64,000 bases of DNA from Eukaryota sp. TZLM1-RC (lineage: Eukaryota > Protista > Metamonada: BaSk clade). The notes beneath the pieces are model-generated. The model was not told the origin of the DNA. It saw only the letters and a program-made list of their open reading frames with translations, and ran no database searches. This document shows, in pieces, positions 49,070-61,302 of this stretch. The stretch is taken from contig JAUPSS010000006.1 of assembly GCA_040285825.1 (NCBI GenBank), positions 62,001 through 126,000 of the forward strand, in the 5' to 3' direction. Within the stretch, counting starts at the first letter, position 1, and each line of letters starts with the position of its first letter. The position numbers were made by a program, and so were the translations under genes.

Positions 49070-49890
49070 TATTTATTGAACATGCACACTTAATTAAATT
49101 AACTCATTATTAATGGGACGACTATCATTGAACCAAGGTTTCCTCTACATAATCTTGATCTGCTTGATGTCTAGCTAAAGCTTCTCTAATTCGATTGAAA
49201 AACCGCGGTAATCTATTAATAATGGCAAATTGAATCCTTGAACGCCATAAAAAAATATCAAATCTTTTCATTGTTTTTTCTTTCACCATTTTTTGGAAGT
49301 CATCCAAAAAAGTTTCTGCTTCAACTGATAATCTTCCATTTATCGAAAATGGGGAAGCAATAAAAACCAGCTGTGTATTTCTATCGACATTTGCATCTTC
49401 AATTTCTTTATCATATTTTCTATGTTTTTCTTTTGCTTTAAAATCCAGAGCAGCCACAGGATTAAGTTTTTTTCTGTGAACCAAAGTATCGTTTGCAACA
49501 TTACATGAGACAAAGTCAACAATAGCTTCAGAATTATCAATCCAATCACAGTATACATCACCTCTATCATCAGAACCAAAATTATTCAGAGAAAGTGTTT
49601 CCTTCAGCAGGGGCTCTTTGATACACGATATCCTTGCAGTTTGTGCCATATTGAAAACAGTGTCTCTAACAGCATCATGTAATGAAGAACGATAAGTTAT
49701 CAATTTCGAACAGTTTATGGCATGACGCAAAATGATCTGCGGTGAATTCGAACAAATACATTTTTCTCATGATAATAATTGATCAATGGGGATATTCAAA
49801 TATAATCTCATTTTTGTTACAAACGCTTCATTACTAGGCCACAGTTCAAATCTTCCTGGTACAATGGTTACAAAAAGTGAAGAATCTTTC
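49070..49890 (-). mobile_element. CRE-like retrotransposon 3' fragment (RLE)
   Basis: HAINC, HDAVRD, RGDVY..D, KEKHRKY and LWRSRIQFAI. Confidence 0.85.
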
Positions 49891-49939
49891 TTTTAAACCT
49901 GTCAAGTTATTTATTCAACAACAAATATGAAAACATAAA

Positions 49940-50560
49940 AAACACAATTAAAACTCCACATCCTCAAAACCTGCATACCCCTACATCAAAACAATTAATT
50001 GCCAAAGATTCAGAAAATTTCCCAAAAGAAGACAGTGAATCAGAAATCAGTTTTACCATTCCCTTAAAAATAGAAAATACAATCCTGTTTTGCCAGTAAA
50101 CACGATTGAAAATTCTTCCAGTTCTTTCCTTTACGACTACAACAAAATCCTCAAGGAAAGCCACAGCAGCCTTACCCATTGATCCAAGCAAAGAAAATAG
50201 AAAGGGACATATATTATATTGGGCATGAGCATTTTCGAGGAATTGGGTTTGGCATATTTAGCAATTTTATATTTTTCGCCTGCAAGTGAAGAATCTGATG
50301 ACTTGCTTTCACAAACACCCTTTTCCAATAACAAAAAGTGAAGATCGATCTTAATTCAAAACAGCCGAGCTGCATATATTATTATAAAGATCATTTTCAT
50401 ACATTCCAGTCAATCGTCTATGTAATGTTCGAAGAGTTTATTTTAAATTTAAAAGATTGTTTTCTGGAATATTGCCATTGAATGATTGGGGAAAGCATCG
50501 ACCTCATTTTTCTACATCAATTTTTGAAATTTGTTCATTTAATGCAAAAACAGTGGAACT
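49940..50560 (-). mobile_element. Decayed CRE-like 3' fragment
   Basis: RTGRIFNRVYWQNRIVFSIFKG. Confidence 0.75.
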
Positions 50561-50774
50561 TTGCGTTGTCATTAATAAATCTCCCAATCTGCAAATCTTT
50601 CGGAAAACTCAAAAATTGCATTTCTGCATCCACCGATAAAAGCACATGAAGTCAGAATAGAAGCCTTTGACCAAGCTAAACCGCCATAATATGGACTAAG
50701 ATAATCATGATCAGGAATTAGCAACATTTTACATCCTGTCCAGAATTTGGATTAATGATACAAACCACCAATCA

Positions 50775-53700
50775 ATGATTCTTGACCACCAACAAATATG
50801 CCAACTCAATGGCCTTGAACGTCCCATACATGCAACGAAGCTTGAGTTCTTCATGCTTTCATCTCTCTCTACTCTTCCCGACTTCTCTCTCTTTCCCCAA
50901 TTGGTTCGTCTCCACGTCCTCAACTCTCCTCTCTCCTCTCTTGACAACCTCCACACAGCTCCCCACCTCACTGAACTGTTCATCATTGAATCTCGCCTTA
51001 CCTCTCTCACCCTGCCACCCTTACCTCTCCAACGTCTCATTCTCTACTCCAATTCCATCAGCTCTCTCTCCTTACCCCCACTGCCATCTCTTAACACCCT
51101 TGATCTGGCTAATAATTCTTTATCCAGTGTAGCAGAATTATTTGCAAAAGTTCCAAATTTAAAATGGTTAAATTTAGCAAATAATCATTTATCAGATTTA
51201 AATGAATTTATTAATTTTGAGTTTTTAGAATTTTTGAATGTTTCTGGCAATCAGTTTAATTTTATTTCTAATTTTTATATTCTTTCTAGTTTGAAAAATT
51301 TACGACATCTGGTGTTAAATGATCCAAAATTTGGTCAGAAATCTCAAAATTTGGTGTGCAAGTCACTCAACTATAAGCCATCAGTTATAATGAATTTAAA
51401 TCTTTCTACTTTTCAAATTTTAGATCAAGAGGAGGTCAGTGAAGCTCAAAAAACAGAATATTTGTCACTGAAATTGCGAAAAAGTGCTTTTTATGCTACA
51501 AAGGTACAAAAATTTAAAAATTTGGGCCATTCGATCATTAGGGATTGTCGAAAATTTGTCTTGAATCGATTAAAGCAACTTGACTTGGAATTTTCTATTA
51601 AATTTCGCACATACATAAACAATCAAATTTTGGATGGAGAAGAGATCACCAATGATCTCAACTCAAAAATTGCAGAACTACAGTTAATCCAATCAAGGTG
51701 TTCATCAGAAATAAGTCTGTTAAAGTTAATAGAAGAAGAGATCAATCAATCAATTGATGATGTGGTTTGTGATACTTGGTTTGAATTAGAATCATGGGGA
51801 AATTTAAAATTAGAAGAGATCAGTATTGACACGGGGTTTGAGTTTGGTCAGTTGTTTAAAAATTTAAATTTTGAAATTTTGAGTTTTCAAAAGGTGTCAG
51901 TTGCTCCTTTTGACACGTTAAGCTCAAACAAATCAAATTTTGAAAAATTCGTCTCTTTTATCATTATAGGGTATTGTGAATTACCATCATTAGTGACAAA
52001 TATTTCGTATTTTGAACCCAAATTTCTAAATATTGACCAGTTGTTAAGAGAAATTAAAAATTTAAGAGTAGCCAGAATAGGGATCATTCAATCAAGCATT
52101 TTGATTGGTAATCGATTGACTGGAATTGTATCAATATGTCAAAAAGAGTTGATTCTAAATTCACAACTTTCTGCTTACTCTCAGCCATTTTTCAGGTGTG
52201 TTCCAATCATTTCTGATTGTTTTAATTCAATCAAATTTTCGGCCAGTAAAAATAATGAATCACAGTTTTTTGAGCGTTCTTTGGCTAATGATCTCTTCTC
52301 AAATTTTGGTCAAAATTTGACACTGTCATCACTAACTGTGAATAGAAATATTAAGAAGGTTTTTTTGAATTTTCTCACAGTCAAAGATTTTCAAATTTTA
52401 AATAATTTTCCAAACGCTGAATATGTAGATTTTTCGTTTAATATAATAAAAGAGCTCACTGTAAGCACGAAATTTCCAGATTTGAAATATTTGTATTTGA
52501 AAAGTAACAATGTTTCAAATTTTCATTCTAATTTTAACGATTTTCTGCCAAATTTGCATGAACTCGACTTGTCAGGAAATCCAATTTTACAGTCAAATTT
52601 TGGTCTATTTTCAGTCATCTCGTCTGTGATCCCTTCTGTTGAAATTTTTTGTGGTGTTTCAGTCTCAAAATCAGAAACCGTGCAGAATTTGAGTCGAAAT
52701 TTGTCTAGTAAAATTTTTCCATTCGAACGACCTTCAAGTGTCAGATGTCGAAGGAATTCTATTGGCCAATCATATTTGACCGTAATCAGTCAATCAATCA
52801 CGTCAAATGATTCTCTTGCTCGGATTATTGAACTTGACCTTTCCTATCAGAGTTTAAATGATACTAAATTGAAAACAAAATCTCAATCTATTTTCTTGGG
52901 TCTCAAGTCGTTGAAAGTCTTGCTGTTAGATCATAATTCGCTGACAAATGTTGACTTTTTGAAATTTTTGGAATGTCCCCAAAATCTGACACATTTATCA
53001 CTTGTCGCCAATCAAATCACGTCAACAAGATCAAATCTCACATTACCAAACTTGACTTTTATTGACCTAGCCCAGAATCCATTGAACATACTTGAGGGAA
53101 TTGAGCAATTTCCTTCATTAAAATATTTAAATATTTCATTCACAAATATTTCAAATATTGATCCTCTTGTGAGCTGTCAAAATATTTGTGATTTGGCTGC
53201 TTCTTTTTGCAAATTTTCGAGTCAGGGGTCAATCAAAATTTTAAAAAAATTACCAAAATTGCAACTTGTCGATTTGTCCAATAGTTTTCAATCAATTGAT
53301 GATGTCAACAGTTCAAAAAGTCAAGAAAATTCCGCTGAACTAAGAGCTTCTCTTATATTTTCTCTCAAGCGATTAAAAGCTCTCAATTGCGAAATTTTGA
53401 AAGAATCTGACAAAATTTCGGCCAATTCTTTATTCTCTGGTCGTCTGACAGTAGAAATGCTCAAAAAACAAGCTCAAAATTCAGGAAACCTCGAGACTAT
53501 CACGTCATTGGATTTATCTGGATTAGGCCTTAAATACATCTATGCAATGACCATCAATACTACAAAAGAAGTTCCAATCTTGTCTCAGCTGAAATTTTTA
53601 AACCTTGAGCTCAATTCATTGAAAAATTTGGATGATCTTCATTTGAGCTCTTTTCGACTCCCAAATGTCGAATGTCTTTTTTTGGCAAACAACAAGTTTT

Positions 53701-54347
53701 CAAGTCAATCTTCGCTTTTGGGTCTGACAAGTTTGAAAAATTCATTGGTTGAGCTCGACTTGTCAGAGTGTCAAATACAGCTCATTAGTCACCTTCCGAT
53801 TGCTGAACTATCAAAGTTGACCAAGTTAACTCTTTCTGGTAATTTGATTAATTCTATTGACGCAAATTCATTTGCAAATTCCAATTTATTAAAACTAGAT
53901 CTATCCAGAAACAGAATTTCATCAATTTCACCGTGTGCATTCAATAATTGTTCCTTGCAACACTTGAATTTAAACGATAACTCTATTCGAACCCTAACAA
54001 GTTTACTAATTCCTTCACTAATTACTCTAGGACTGGCTTCCAACAGAATTTCTGATTCATATGAATTATGCAGGTTGTCTTCTTATTGTAGGTACTTAAC
54101 TCATTTAAATTTGGTCAACACCCCTGTTTCAAGAAGGAATAAATATAGAGAATTGGTAGTTTCCAGTTTTTCAATGTTGGTTGAGCTTGATATGATGCCA
54201 ATAACTCTAGAGGAGAGATCAGCAGTGGATCAGAGTCAAAATTTAAGCGAGTCAACATCAACAGTGAAAGTACCTGTGAAAATTTCAACTTTTAATTTCG
54301 AAGCAGTTGAATTTGGAAGTGCTCAACAGTTTCAATTTCATCAATAA
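50775..54347 (+). CDS. LRRC9: Leucine-rich repeat protein, LRRC9-like
   Basis: 1190 aa with several SDS22-like LRR blocks. N-terminal ICQLNGL..KLEFF..SLFPQL and FSGRLT segments recall LRRC9. Confidence 0.7.
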   Translation: MILDHQQICQLNGLERPIHATKLEFFMLSSLSTLPDFSLFPQLVRLHVLNSPLSSLDNLHTAPHLTELFIIESRLTSLTLPPLPLQRLILYSNSISSLSLPPLPSLNTLDLANNSLSSVAELFAKVPNLKWLNLANNHLSDLNEFINFEFLEFLNVSGNQFNFISNFYILSSLKNLRHLVLNDPKFGQKSQNLVCKSLNYKPSVIMNLNLSTFQILDQEEVSEAQKTEYLSLKLRKSAFYATKVQKFKNLGHSIIRDCRKFVLNRLKQLDLEFSIKFRTYINNQILDGEEITNDLNSKIAELQLIQSRCSSEISLLKLIEEEINQSIDDVVCDTWFELESWGNLKLEEISIDTGFEFGQLFKNLNFEILSFQKVSVAPFDTLSSNKSNFEKFVSFIIIGYCELPSLVTNISYFEPKFLNIDQLLREIKNLRVARIGIIQSSILIGNRLTGIVSICQKELILNSQLSAYSQPFFRCVPIISDCFNSIKFSASKNNESQFFERSLANDLFSNFGQNLTLSSLTVNRNIKKVFLNFLTVKDFQILNNFPNAEYVDFSFNIIKELTVSTKFPDLKYLYLKSNNVSNFHSNFNDFLPNLHELDLSGNPILQSNFGLFSVISSVIPSVEIFCGVSVSKSETVQNLSRNLSSKIFPFERPSSVRCRRNSIGQSYLTVISQSITSNDSLARIIELDLSYQSLNDTKLKTKSQSIFLGLKSLKVLLLDHNSLTNVDFLKFLECPQNLTHLSLVANQITSTRSNLTLPNLTFIDLAQNPLNILEGIEQFPSLKYLNISFTNISNIDPLVSCQNICDLAASFCKFSSQGSIKILKKLPKLQLVDLSNSFQSIDDVNSSKSQENSAELRASLIFSLKRLKALNCEILKESDKISANSLFSGRLTVEMLKKQAQNSGNLETITSLDLSGLGLKYIYAMTINTTKEVPILSQLKFLNLELNSLKNLDDLHLSSFRLPNVECLFLANNKFSSQSSLLGLTSLKNSLVELDLSECQIQLISHLPIAELSKLTKLTLSGNLINSIDANSFANSNLLKLDLSRNRISSISPCAFNNCSLQHLNLNDNSIRTLTSLLIPSLITLGLASNRISDSYELCRLSSYCRYLTHLNLVNTPVSRRNKYRELVVSSFSMLVELDMMPITLEERSAVDQSQNLSESTSTVKVPVKISTFNFEAVEFGSAQQFQFHQ

Positions 54348-54469
54348 ATGTTAAATTTATTGAAGTATTATTTAGTTTAATTTGGAAATTTTCACGCTTT
54401 TATTTAAGGTAAATTTAATCATTGAAGCTTTAATTGAATGGGTTGTTCAAAGTTTTTTTTTAAACTGGA

Positions 54470-56130
54470 ATATTTATTGAGATAAAAAAACCCATCTAGA
54501 ATTCAATATCCTCCAAACAAGAGTCACTATTACTGAACCTACTCACAGCATTACGTTCATATTCTACACCAATAGCTAAAAGTGCCTTTGAAATCATTTG
54601 TTGGAATAGACTTGAAAATGCAAAAAACAATTCTATTTATGATGCCGTTAGGCAGATGAACACACGAAGGGGAGAGAGAGAAATCTAAGTTTATTAATAA
54701 AACTGATTCATAAACGAGTATCACGTCATCAGTCAAAATACAAAGATACCTACTAATTCAATTTAAGTTCGACAACAACACTACTTTTTCCCATTTTTCT
54801 GAGGACAAATACAGTACTGGCTCAATAGAGGGAAGATATGGGGTTTGTTAAATTCTCCGGTGCATCGTTGGTATGAGAACGTTGGAGACCTACGGGAAGA
54901 ATTCCTCTGGCAAATCGGTTCAGAAAAGCTATGTCTGGCAACTTCAGTCCGGAAGCCCTACTCTTTACCTGGAGGAAACGTCGCAGGTAACAGGACATGC
55001 GTTCTCGGACGTCACCAATACGGACATCAAGCTTCAGTTCTGACATAGCCAGACTAAAATCTTCGTACGTGACGAACGATACGACAGATTGTAGATGTCT
55101 GAGAAGAACATCGTCACTGGATGAGACGTCGGATTTCTGGAGAGATAGGACTCTAACAGAAAAGAATCGACCAATAGTCTTGCTGGAACAAGCTCTTTCT
55201 TAGGAGTCACCGAAGAATAAATCTTTCACTCCTATAGGAACAGAAGAACACTTTCAACTTTCATGGAAGAAAGAGACGTCAGGTTAACAGAGGGAACAGT
55301 CATCTGAAATAAGAAGGGCCAATAATTATTGATGCCGTTAGGCAGATGAACACACGAAGGGGAGAGAGAGAAATCTAAGTTTATTAATAAAACTGATTCA
55401 TAAACGAGTATCACGTCATCAGTCAAAATACAAAGATACATACTAATTCGATTTAAGTTCGACAACAACATTTAACCAGAAAGTGGAGTTCATTGTTTAA
55501 CCAGACCTATTCAGTAACACTTTCTTAAAATTTTCCAAAAAGTGCAACCCTGAAGGTCCAATATTGCCAAAAAGAGAAATTGCAAACGGCACAAACTGAT
55601 ATTTCACATGTTCCACTCTGACTAACTGAGCCAAAGGTTCTTCATATTTCTTTATCTTCTGTTTTTCGGCGTTAGATAACGGCGATTCAGCGGAATACAC
55701 TAAATGAGCAGCAGAATTTTTGCAAACATCAACTGAGACAACATCTACAACATTGAGAACACCATCGATCCCTGAAGCTACTAAATCTCCCCTTCTTTTA
55801 CCAATGAAATCATCAGTTTGATCTGAAGACAGCTTACGTACTAATGGCTCAATAAATGCCTCTATATTGAAACTTTTGCACATGGCATATAATTGATCAC
55901 GAACTGAGTCATGAACAATTGAGCGATAAGTTATAAAATACTTACAGTTTAAAATATGGTAAAGCGTAACAACACTCTTGCAGCGACAAATTAAATCATT
56001 TGGTAAAGAAGAAAACATCTCATTCTCATTGCAGTGGTCCATTGGTGATCATTGACTAGAAGGCTATAAATGTTGGGAATTTGGGAGATTAGGCAACTTG
56101 AGCAACTGTCTTCAAGATCAATCAAAAAGT
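54470..56130 (-). mobile_element. CRE-like 3' fragment split by a nested LTR element
   Basis: ORF 55497-56042 (CRC..H..C, HDSVRD, RRGDL..D). FWL|NRIVF is resumed left of 54640. Confidence 0.8.
54640..55470 (-). mobile_element. 831-bp miniature/internally deleted LTR retrotransposon
   Basis: 141-bp TG..CA LTRs (54640-54780, 55330-55470), TTTA TSD, PPT GGGAAAAAGTAG on the minus strand, possible gag remnant at 54822-55200. Confidence 0.88.
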
Positions 56131-57322
56131 ATTATCAAAAAGTTTTATAACATTTGTTATTTTCAAAATTTCTTCAATTTATTTCAAAATACAAAGTATT
56201 TGCTGAACATGTTTATCAAAAAGCATGTTAAATAATTCGGAAAATGGTAATTGACATTGTTGAATAATGTAGCTTATGATTAAGTTGTTCTAAATCAACG
56301 GTTTAGTTAAAATAAAACGAAATAATGAGATTATAGTTGTTTTTTCATTTTTCGGTAACTTGCATGATAAAGGTAATGAGTAATGAATTTATGATAAAGC
56401 CTACCAAGACCGTTTCTCGATTGACAAAATTATGCAACCTCCAATGCATGGACAGTTGAAAATTGAATGAAGATCACCATCCAATACTTTTAATGTCCCC
56501 TGCGCCTTCTCTGAAAGCATCAGTTAGGCACATGTAGTGGAACTACACTAATTAGTAAAAGGTAAAAAGTGCATTAATGTAGAGCAATCATTCCCAAGAA
56601 ATAGAAAACACTTCCCCTCTACATCATGGTATAATACACTTTTTCAATAACCAAACCTCAGAAGCTACATCTTCAAGGATACATTCATCCCTTACCAATT
56701 GATTGTCCACTTCTTCGTAGATTCTTTGACGAACTTCATCTTCTGAAACCAAAGGTGTGCTTCTCGACAATTCACTTGCTTCATGTGCTTTCTCCTCATC
56801 AATCGAAGTCAAACTCTATACACAAGAGGGGCAATTCTTCAACTGAAGACTAACTTTCCATTCCTCTCCACCAACATTTCACATCGTTGTTTTGAATGTA
56901 CTGTCACCATTTGTGTTGCTGAAACTACTCTGGACAAAGCTTTGGTCAGGTTTGGCTACTCTGTAACTCATCCATCATTGCAATAGCAAATCGTCTATTC
57001 AAGCTTATTACATTTATTAATATTGCACTCAGTGAACTGTTGAATCGCTTTTTATGTTTTATAAGGTTGATAAATTTTTGTGCAAAGTGGGTAATAAATG
57101 TACCTTTATTTCAGTTAAAATTGGTGTAAAGTTGATGTTTAAACAAACTAATTCAAAACTTTTATTTATTTAAAAATCATTGATTCATTTACAATTCCAC
57201 TGAAAATTGAACAAGTTTGTGGTCAAGGCTTTGATTAATATGATTATTTCGTTGGAATTGGTGAAAATTGAAATTAAACAATGACTTTACAAAAAATGAT
57301 TTATAAAACAAATCAAACACTA

Positions 57323-58663
57323 TTACTCTACAATATACAATTTTTGATCAGGCCAGCACAATTCAAAATAAGGATAATAAAAATCACCATCTAATCTAGG
57401 TAGTTCACCATTTACATCAATATAACCTGAACCAATCTCCTTCAAATTAATGGTGTGATTAACTAAATCAACAGTGATTTCAATTACATCACCTTGTTTC
57501 CATTGGGAAGTGGTTCCATAGGTGTTGAGGGGATTACCATTACCACAACAACCATAGACAACAGAGAGATCGACCTCAGAAGTGACAAACCTCTTCCCAG
57601 CAATGACACCAATAGCAAGACCATCATCATTATCTTGAAACCTAACCTTCCATTTATGAACACTACCAAGCTTCAAGGGTCCATCTCCTCTAATTGGTTG
57701 CTCACAATCACCATCACCACCTTCAGCCACCAAACCATCATCAGAAACAAAAACCACATCCTGCTTATATTCCTTGGAAAAAACCACACCACCAAAAGAT
57801 TGAGCAACATTACTGGTGGTTTTGGGTTCACCAAACTTAGTGGAATCAACAACATTCTTGATTTTTTTAGCAATTTCGAGGAATTTACCCTCAATTCTAG
57901 AAATATTATGTTTTGCATCAGAAAAACAGCTTTTGATCTCATTCTTTAAACAAGGAGCAGTTTGGTTGAGGGTAACAGGGTTTCCAGAAAAAAAGACGTC
58001 AGTGGAGCTTGGAACCTTGCAAGAGTCAATGCAAGATTTGAGGGATGCTATGCAATCGCCGATCGATCGGGAGAGTTGAGATGTGGCTTCACTGGCTACT
58101 TCTTTGGCTTGGCAAAGGCATTGTTCAAGGTCGTTGTTAATGGTGGTAATGGTGGTGGTGTAGGAATCAAGAGCTTCATCGAGAGGCAGCATATCGCCAT
58201 GGGAGGAGTGCCCGTCCACAAGACAGCAGTTAACACAAACAGGAATTGAGCAATGCTGACAAAAGTACTCCAAGGGCTTTGTTTTGTGCTTCGTACACTT
58301 CTTGGGGAGAAGGGGACTTTCATGCAGGGGTACAACGGTGTGGGATCGAAACACCTTTTTTTCGTGAATGGAAGCTGAACAGCTTTGACAGAAGGAAGAT
58401 GTACATTCGTGGCAAGTGACAGATGCAGGAGCTTCGTCACACCCCTCACATCGAGGAGGAGAGACGGACATGTGTTCTATTGCCTCTCTCAGACTAATGT
58501 TCACATGCAAACTCTTCCTCTCTGCAGGATGACGGCATTCGGGGCAGGTTTGGCTCTTCTCAAACCATGGACGGAGACATTTGTTAAGGCAAAAGCTATG
58601 TCCACAGGTCAATGAGCAAGGTTCATGCATGGTTTCGTGGCAAATGGAACATGTGAGGATCAT
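57323..58663 (-). CDS. TRIM-like E3 ligase: RING - B-box1 - B-box2 - coiled coil - SPRY/B30.2-like
   Basis: C3HC4 RING (CSIC..CGHSFC..C..CPEC), CEGC..CHEC..FC..C..H..H, C..H..FC..C..VC..C..H..H, helical linker, then WKV..LAIGVI..GDVIEITVDL..YPYF. Confidence 0.88.
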   Translation of the reverse strand: MILTCSICHETMHEPCSLTCGHSFCLNKCLRPWFEKSQTCPECRHPAERKSLHVNISLREAIEHMSVSPPRCEGCDEAPASVTCHECTSSFCQSCSASIHEKKVFRSHTVVPLHESPLLPKKCTKHKTKPLEYFCQHCSIPVCVNCCLVDGHSSHGDMLPLDEALDSYTTTITTINNDLEQCLCQAKEVASEATSQLSRSIGDCIASLKSCIDSCKVPSSTDVFFSGNPVTLNQTAPCLKNEIKSCFSDAKHNISRIEGKFLEIAKKIKNVVDSTKFGEPKTTSNVAQSFGGVVFSKEYKQDVVFVSDDGLVAEGGDGDCEQPIRGDGPLKLGSVHKWKVRFQDNDDGLAIGVIAGKRFVTSEVDLSVVYGCCGNGNPLNTYGTTSQWKQGDVIEITVDLVNHTINLKEIGSGYIDVNGELPRLDGDFYYPYFELCWPDQKLYIVE

Positions 58664-59939
58664 GGGGAGAAGAGAAGTGTTTGGTGCTGGTTTGTTACAA
58701 TTTCAGAAAGGTTGTATGATTTCAAAAGACCAATTCACTGATTTTGGCTGAATTTTATCTCTGACTAATTGCATCAGATTCGATAAGGGAGCTCATCCTA
58801 AATCTTGTGTTCAAAAGTAAAGTCTGTTCCTGTTGACCAATATTTAGGATGTTGATTGAATTAGAATGTTTTTTGTTCTCCTTTGATGCTTTATATGTCA
58901 TGTTGTTACAGAACAAAGATAAAAGATATTTATTGAATTTCACTGGCCCTTATAACGGCCATCACTAGTTAAGTATATAATAATAAATGTACTAGATCGA
59001 CCAATTGTCCACATTACAACTCTTTCCTCTATTTCTTTTTCTTTGTATCATGTGTGAATGTTTTTCCATTGTTTCTTTTATTCCTCGTCATGACTGTTCA
59101 AATTGTATGAAACTTTTATGATAATAAATAAAAATAAGTTGCAAAGATTATGTATCAAGAATTTGCCGTTGTCAGTGGTTTTGAACATCAAAACTATCTA
59201 ATGCTTTGATTCTTGAAGTGTAAATATCCCGTAGAGTTAATCATTTTTTCTGTGTTCTTAACCTGCGAATGGCTGTTAAACTCAAACAATACTCTTAAAT
59301 AATCCTACAATGGGAAAAACAAGGTTTACCAAAGAGGACAGCAAATCATTGTCGCAAGATACGATTGAATGACACAGTGAATTTATTTATTTATTTATTT
59401 TATTTGCTATTGAATTTATTTATTTATTTGTTTTAACTTAAAGTGTAAGTTTTCTGAGATTGTCAATGAACACCATTGCAGTTCCATACCATTAAACAGC
59501 AGGTTCAAGGTTATAAGAGTTACATAATGTATTAAAGTTTTTAGCTAAATTGATTATTAATTATTGGAAGTTCCACATGCAAAATTCAATTGGATTGAAC
59601 ATTTCATGAACACCTCTTTTCCCCTTTTGATAATTCACATGCAATTATACATTAATGTATAAACCAGCTATTCAAGAAGAAAATACAAGGTGGATGAGAT
59701 GTTTGTTGTTTTCTATTTGCTGGAAAAGGGAAAAGAAAATGATTCTAAAATATTAACAACTATTACACCAATTAACCTCACAAAAGTTGACTATCTCTGA
59801 AAAACTAACATTAAATTTTTAACATTAAATTTGTACCAACTTATGGCAATTTCAAATAACTGCAGGTAAATGCGCAGTGTGGTTTCATAGAATCACCACC
59901 TTGTCCCCTTTACATTCCATCGATCGGAATCTTGGTTGA

Positions 59940-60480
59940 AACTTGTAAACAACATGACAACAACTGTCTTAAGGTGAATCAAAAAGTTTGAAAAAACCGG
60001 ATATTTTTCTTTAGCCAAGCTAAGACGTACAATATAAGTCAAGTTTTCTGAAACTTTTAAGATTTTGTTCTGGTATTTTGCAAAAGTCAGTGGTACTGAG
60101 AGCAAACTTCTTGAAGGAAGTTTCACCATATCAAAAGGAAAACCCCAAATATATTAGATCAAATATTTGGTAAAAGAGAATCAATGTCCGTAAAAAAATG
60201 CCACAGTTTTCAAGGAGATCAATTTTATCTGAAAAGCGATTCTCAAATTCAAAGATAAAATTATTACCACCTCCAATAAATACAGCTTTACAAAAGTAAG
60301 TAAATTTATTAAAATGAACACCGCCAAAATTTGTACCACAAAAAATGTGACTACGTAATTGAGATGCATCAATTTTTAATAATGTTGCTGAAGAATTGGT
60401 GCCTTATTCATTGAAAATACAACAAAATTTCAAAGAAATTGACGGTGATGTTGATGACAAGACATTGTTCAAAGTTTGTT
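59940..60480 (-). mobile_element. Decayed CRE-like internal fragment
   Basis: VRLSLAKEKYPVFSNFL and adjacent sequence resemble the post-RT region of 35779-37080. Confidence 0.6.
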
Positions 60481-60618
60481 CAGGTTTCAATCACTTGTAA
60501 TGTTTTATAAGGTTAATAAATTGTTGTACAATGTGTGTAATAAATGTACCTTCATTTCAGTTAAAATTGGTGTAAAATTGGTGTTTCTTACCAAAATATA
60601 GATGCCTCTTCCACCAAT

Positions 60619-60888
60619 TTGAAGATAAGAAGCTTACGGAGGAATGTCAATACAAGGGAAGCTACTAATTTAGTCCCCACTAGTTGCTGTGGTCAACTAT
60701 TTTTTATGACCACTAGAAAAATTAATGCAGGAGAGGAACTGTTTGTGCAATATTTTGACAAACACGATCCTGCCAGAAAAGATTTTAAAATACCTTTTCT
60801 GAAATCAAATGCCACTCCCAAGTACAATAGCGCAGATGACTGGGTACTGGATTACATTAACCGTAAACGTACTCCAAAATTAGATTGA
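60619..60888 (+). pseudogene. SET-domain C-terminal fragment
   Basis: TNL....LFFMTTRKINAGEELFVQY matches the SET 'I-x-x-GEEL-x-x-x-Y' motif. No ATG start. Confidence 0.55.
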
Positions 60889-61302
60889 TTGTTTGTGATG
60901 ATTGTATTTTTATAAACAAATACGTTATTGATTCTTTATTTCATTTTGCATTTATTCATTATTTGCATTCAGCAATTATTTCAGGCAGGTGAAAAAATAT
61001 CAATATTGCACTCAATGAACTGTTGAATCGCTAGTTGTGTTTTATAAGGTTAATAAATTTTTGTACAAAGTGTGCAATAAATGTACCTTCATTTCAGTTA
61101 AAATTGGTGTAAAGTTGATGTTTAATTCAACTAATTCAAAACTTTTATTTATTTAAATATCATTGATTCATTTACAATTCCACTGAAAATTGAACAAGTT
61201 TTTGGTCAAGGCTTTGATTAAAATGATCATTTTGTTGGCATAGATAAATTGAAATTAAACAATGATTTTACAAAAATGATTTATAAAACAAATAAAACAC
61301 AA

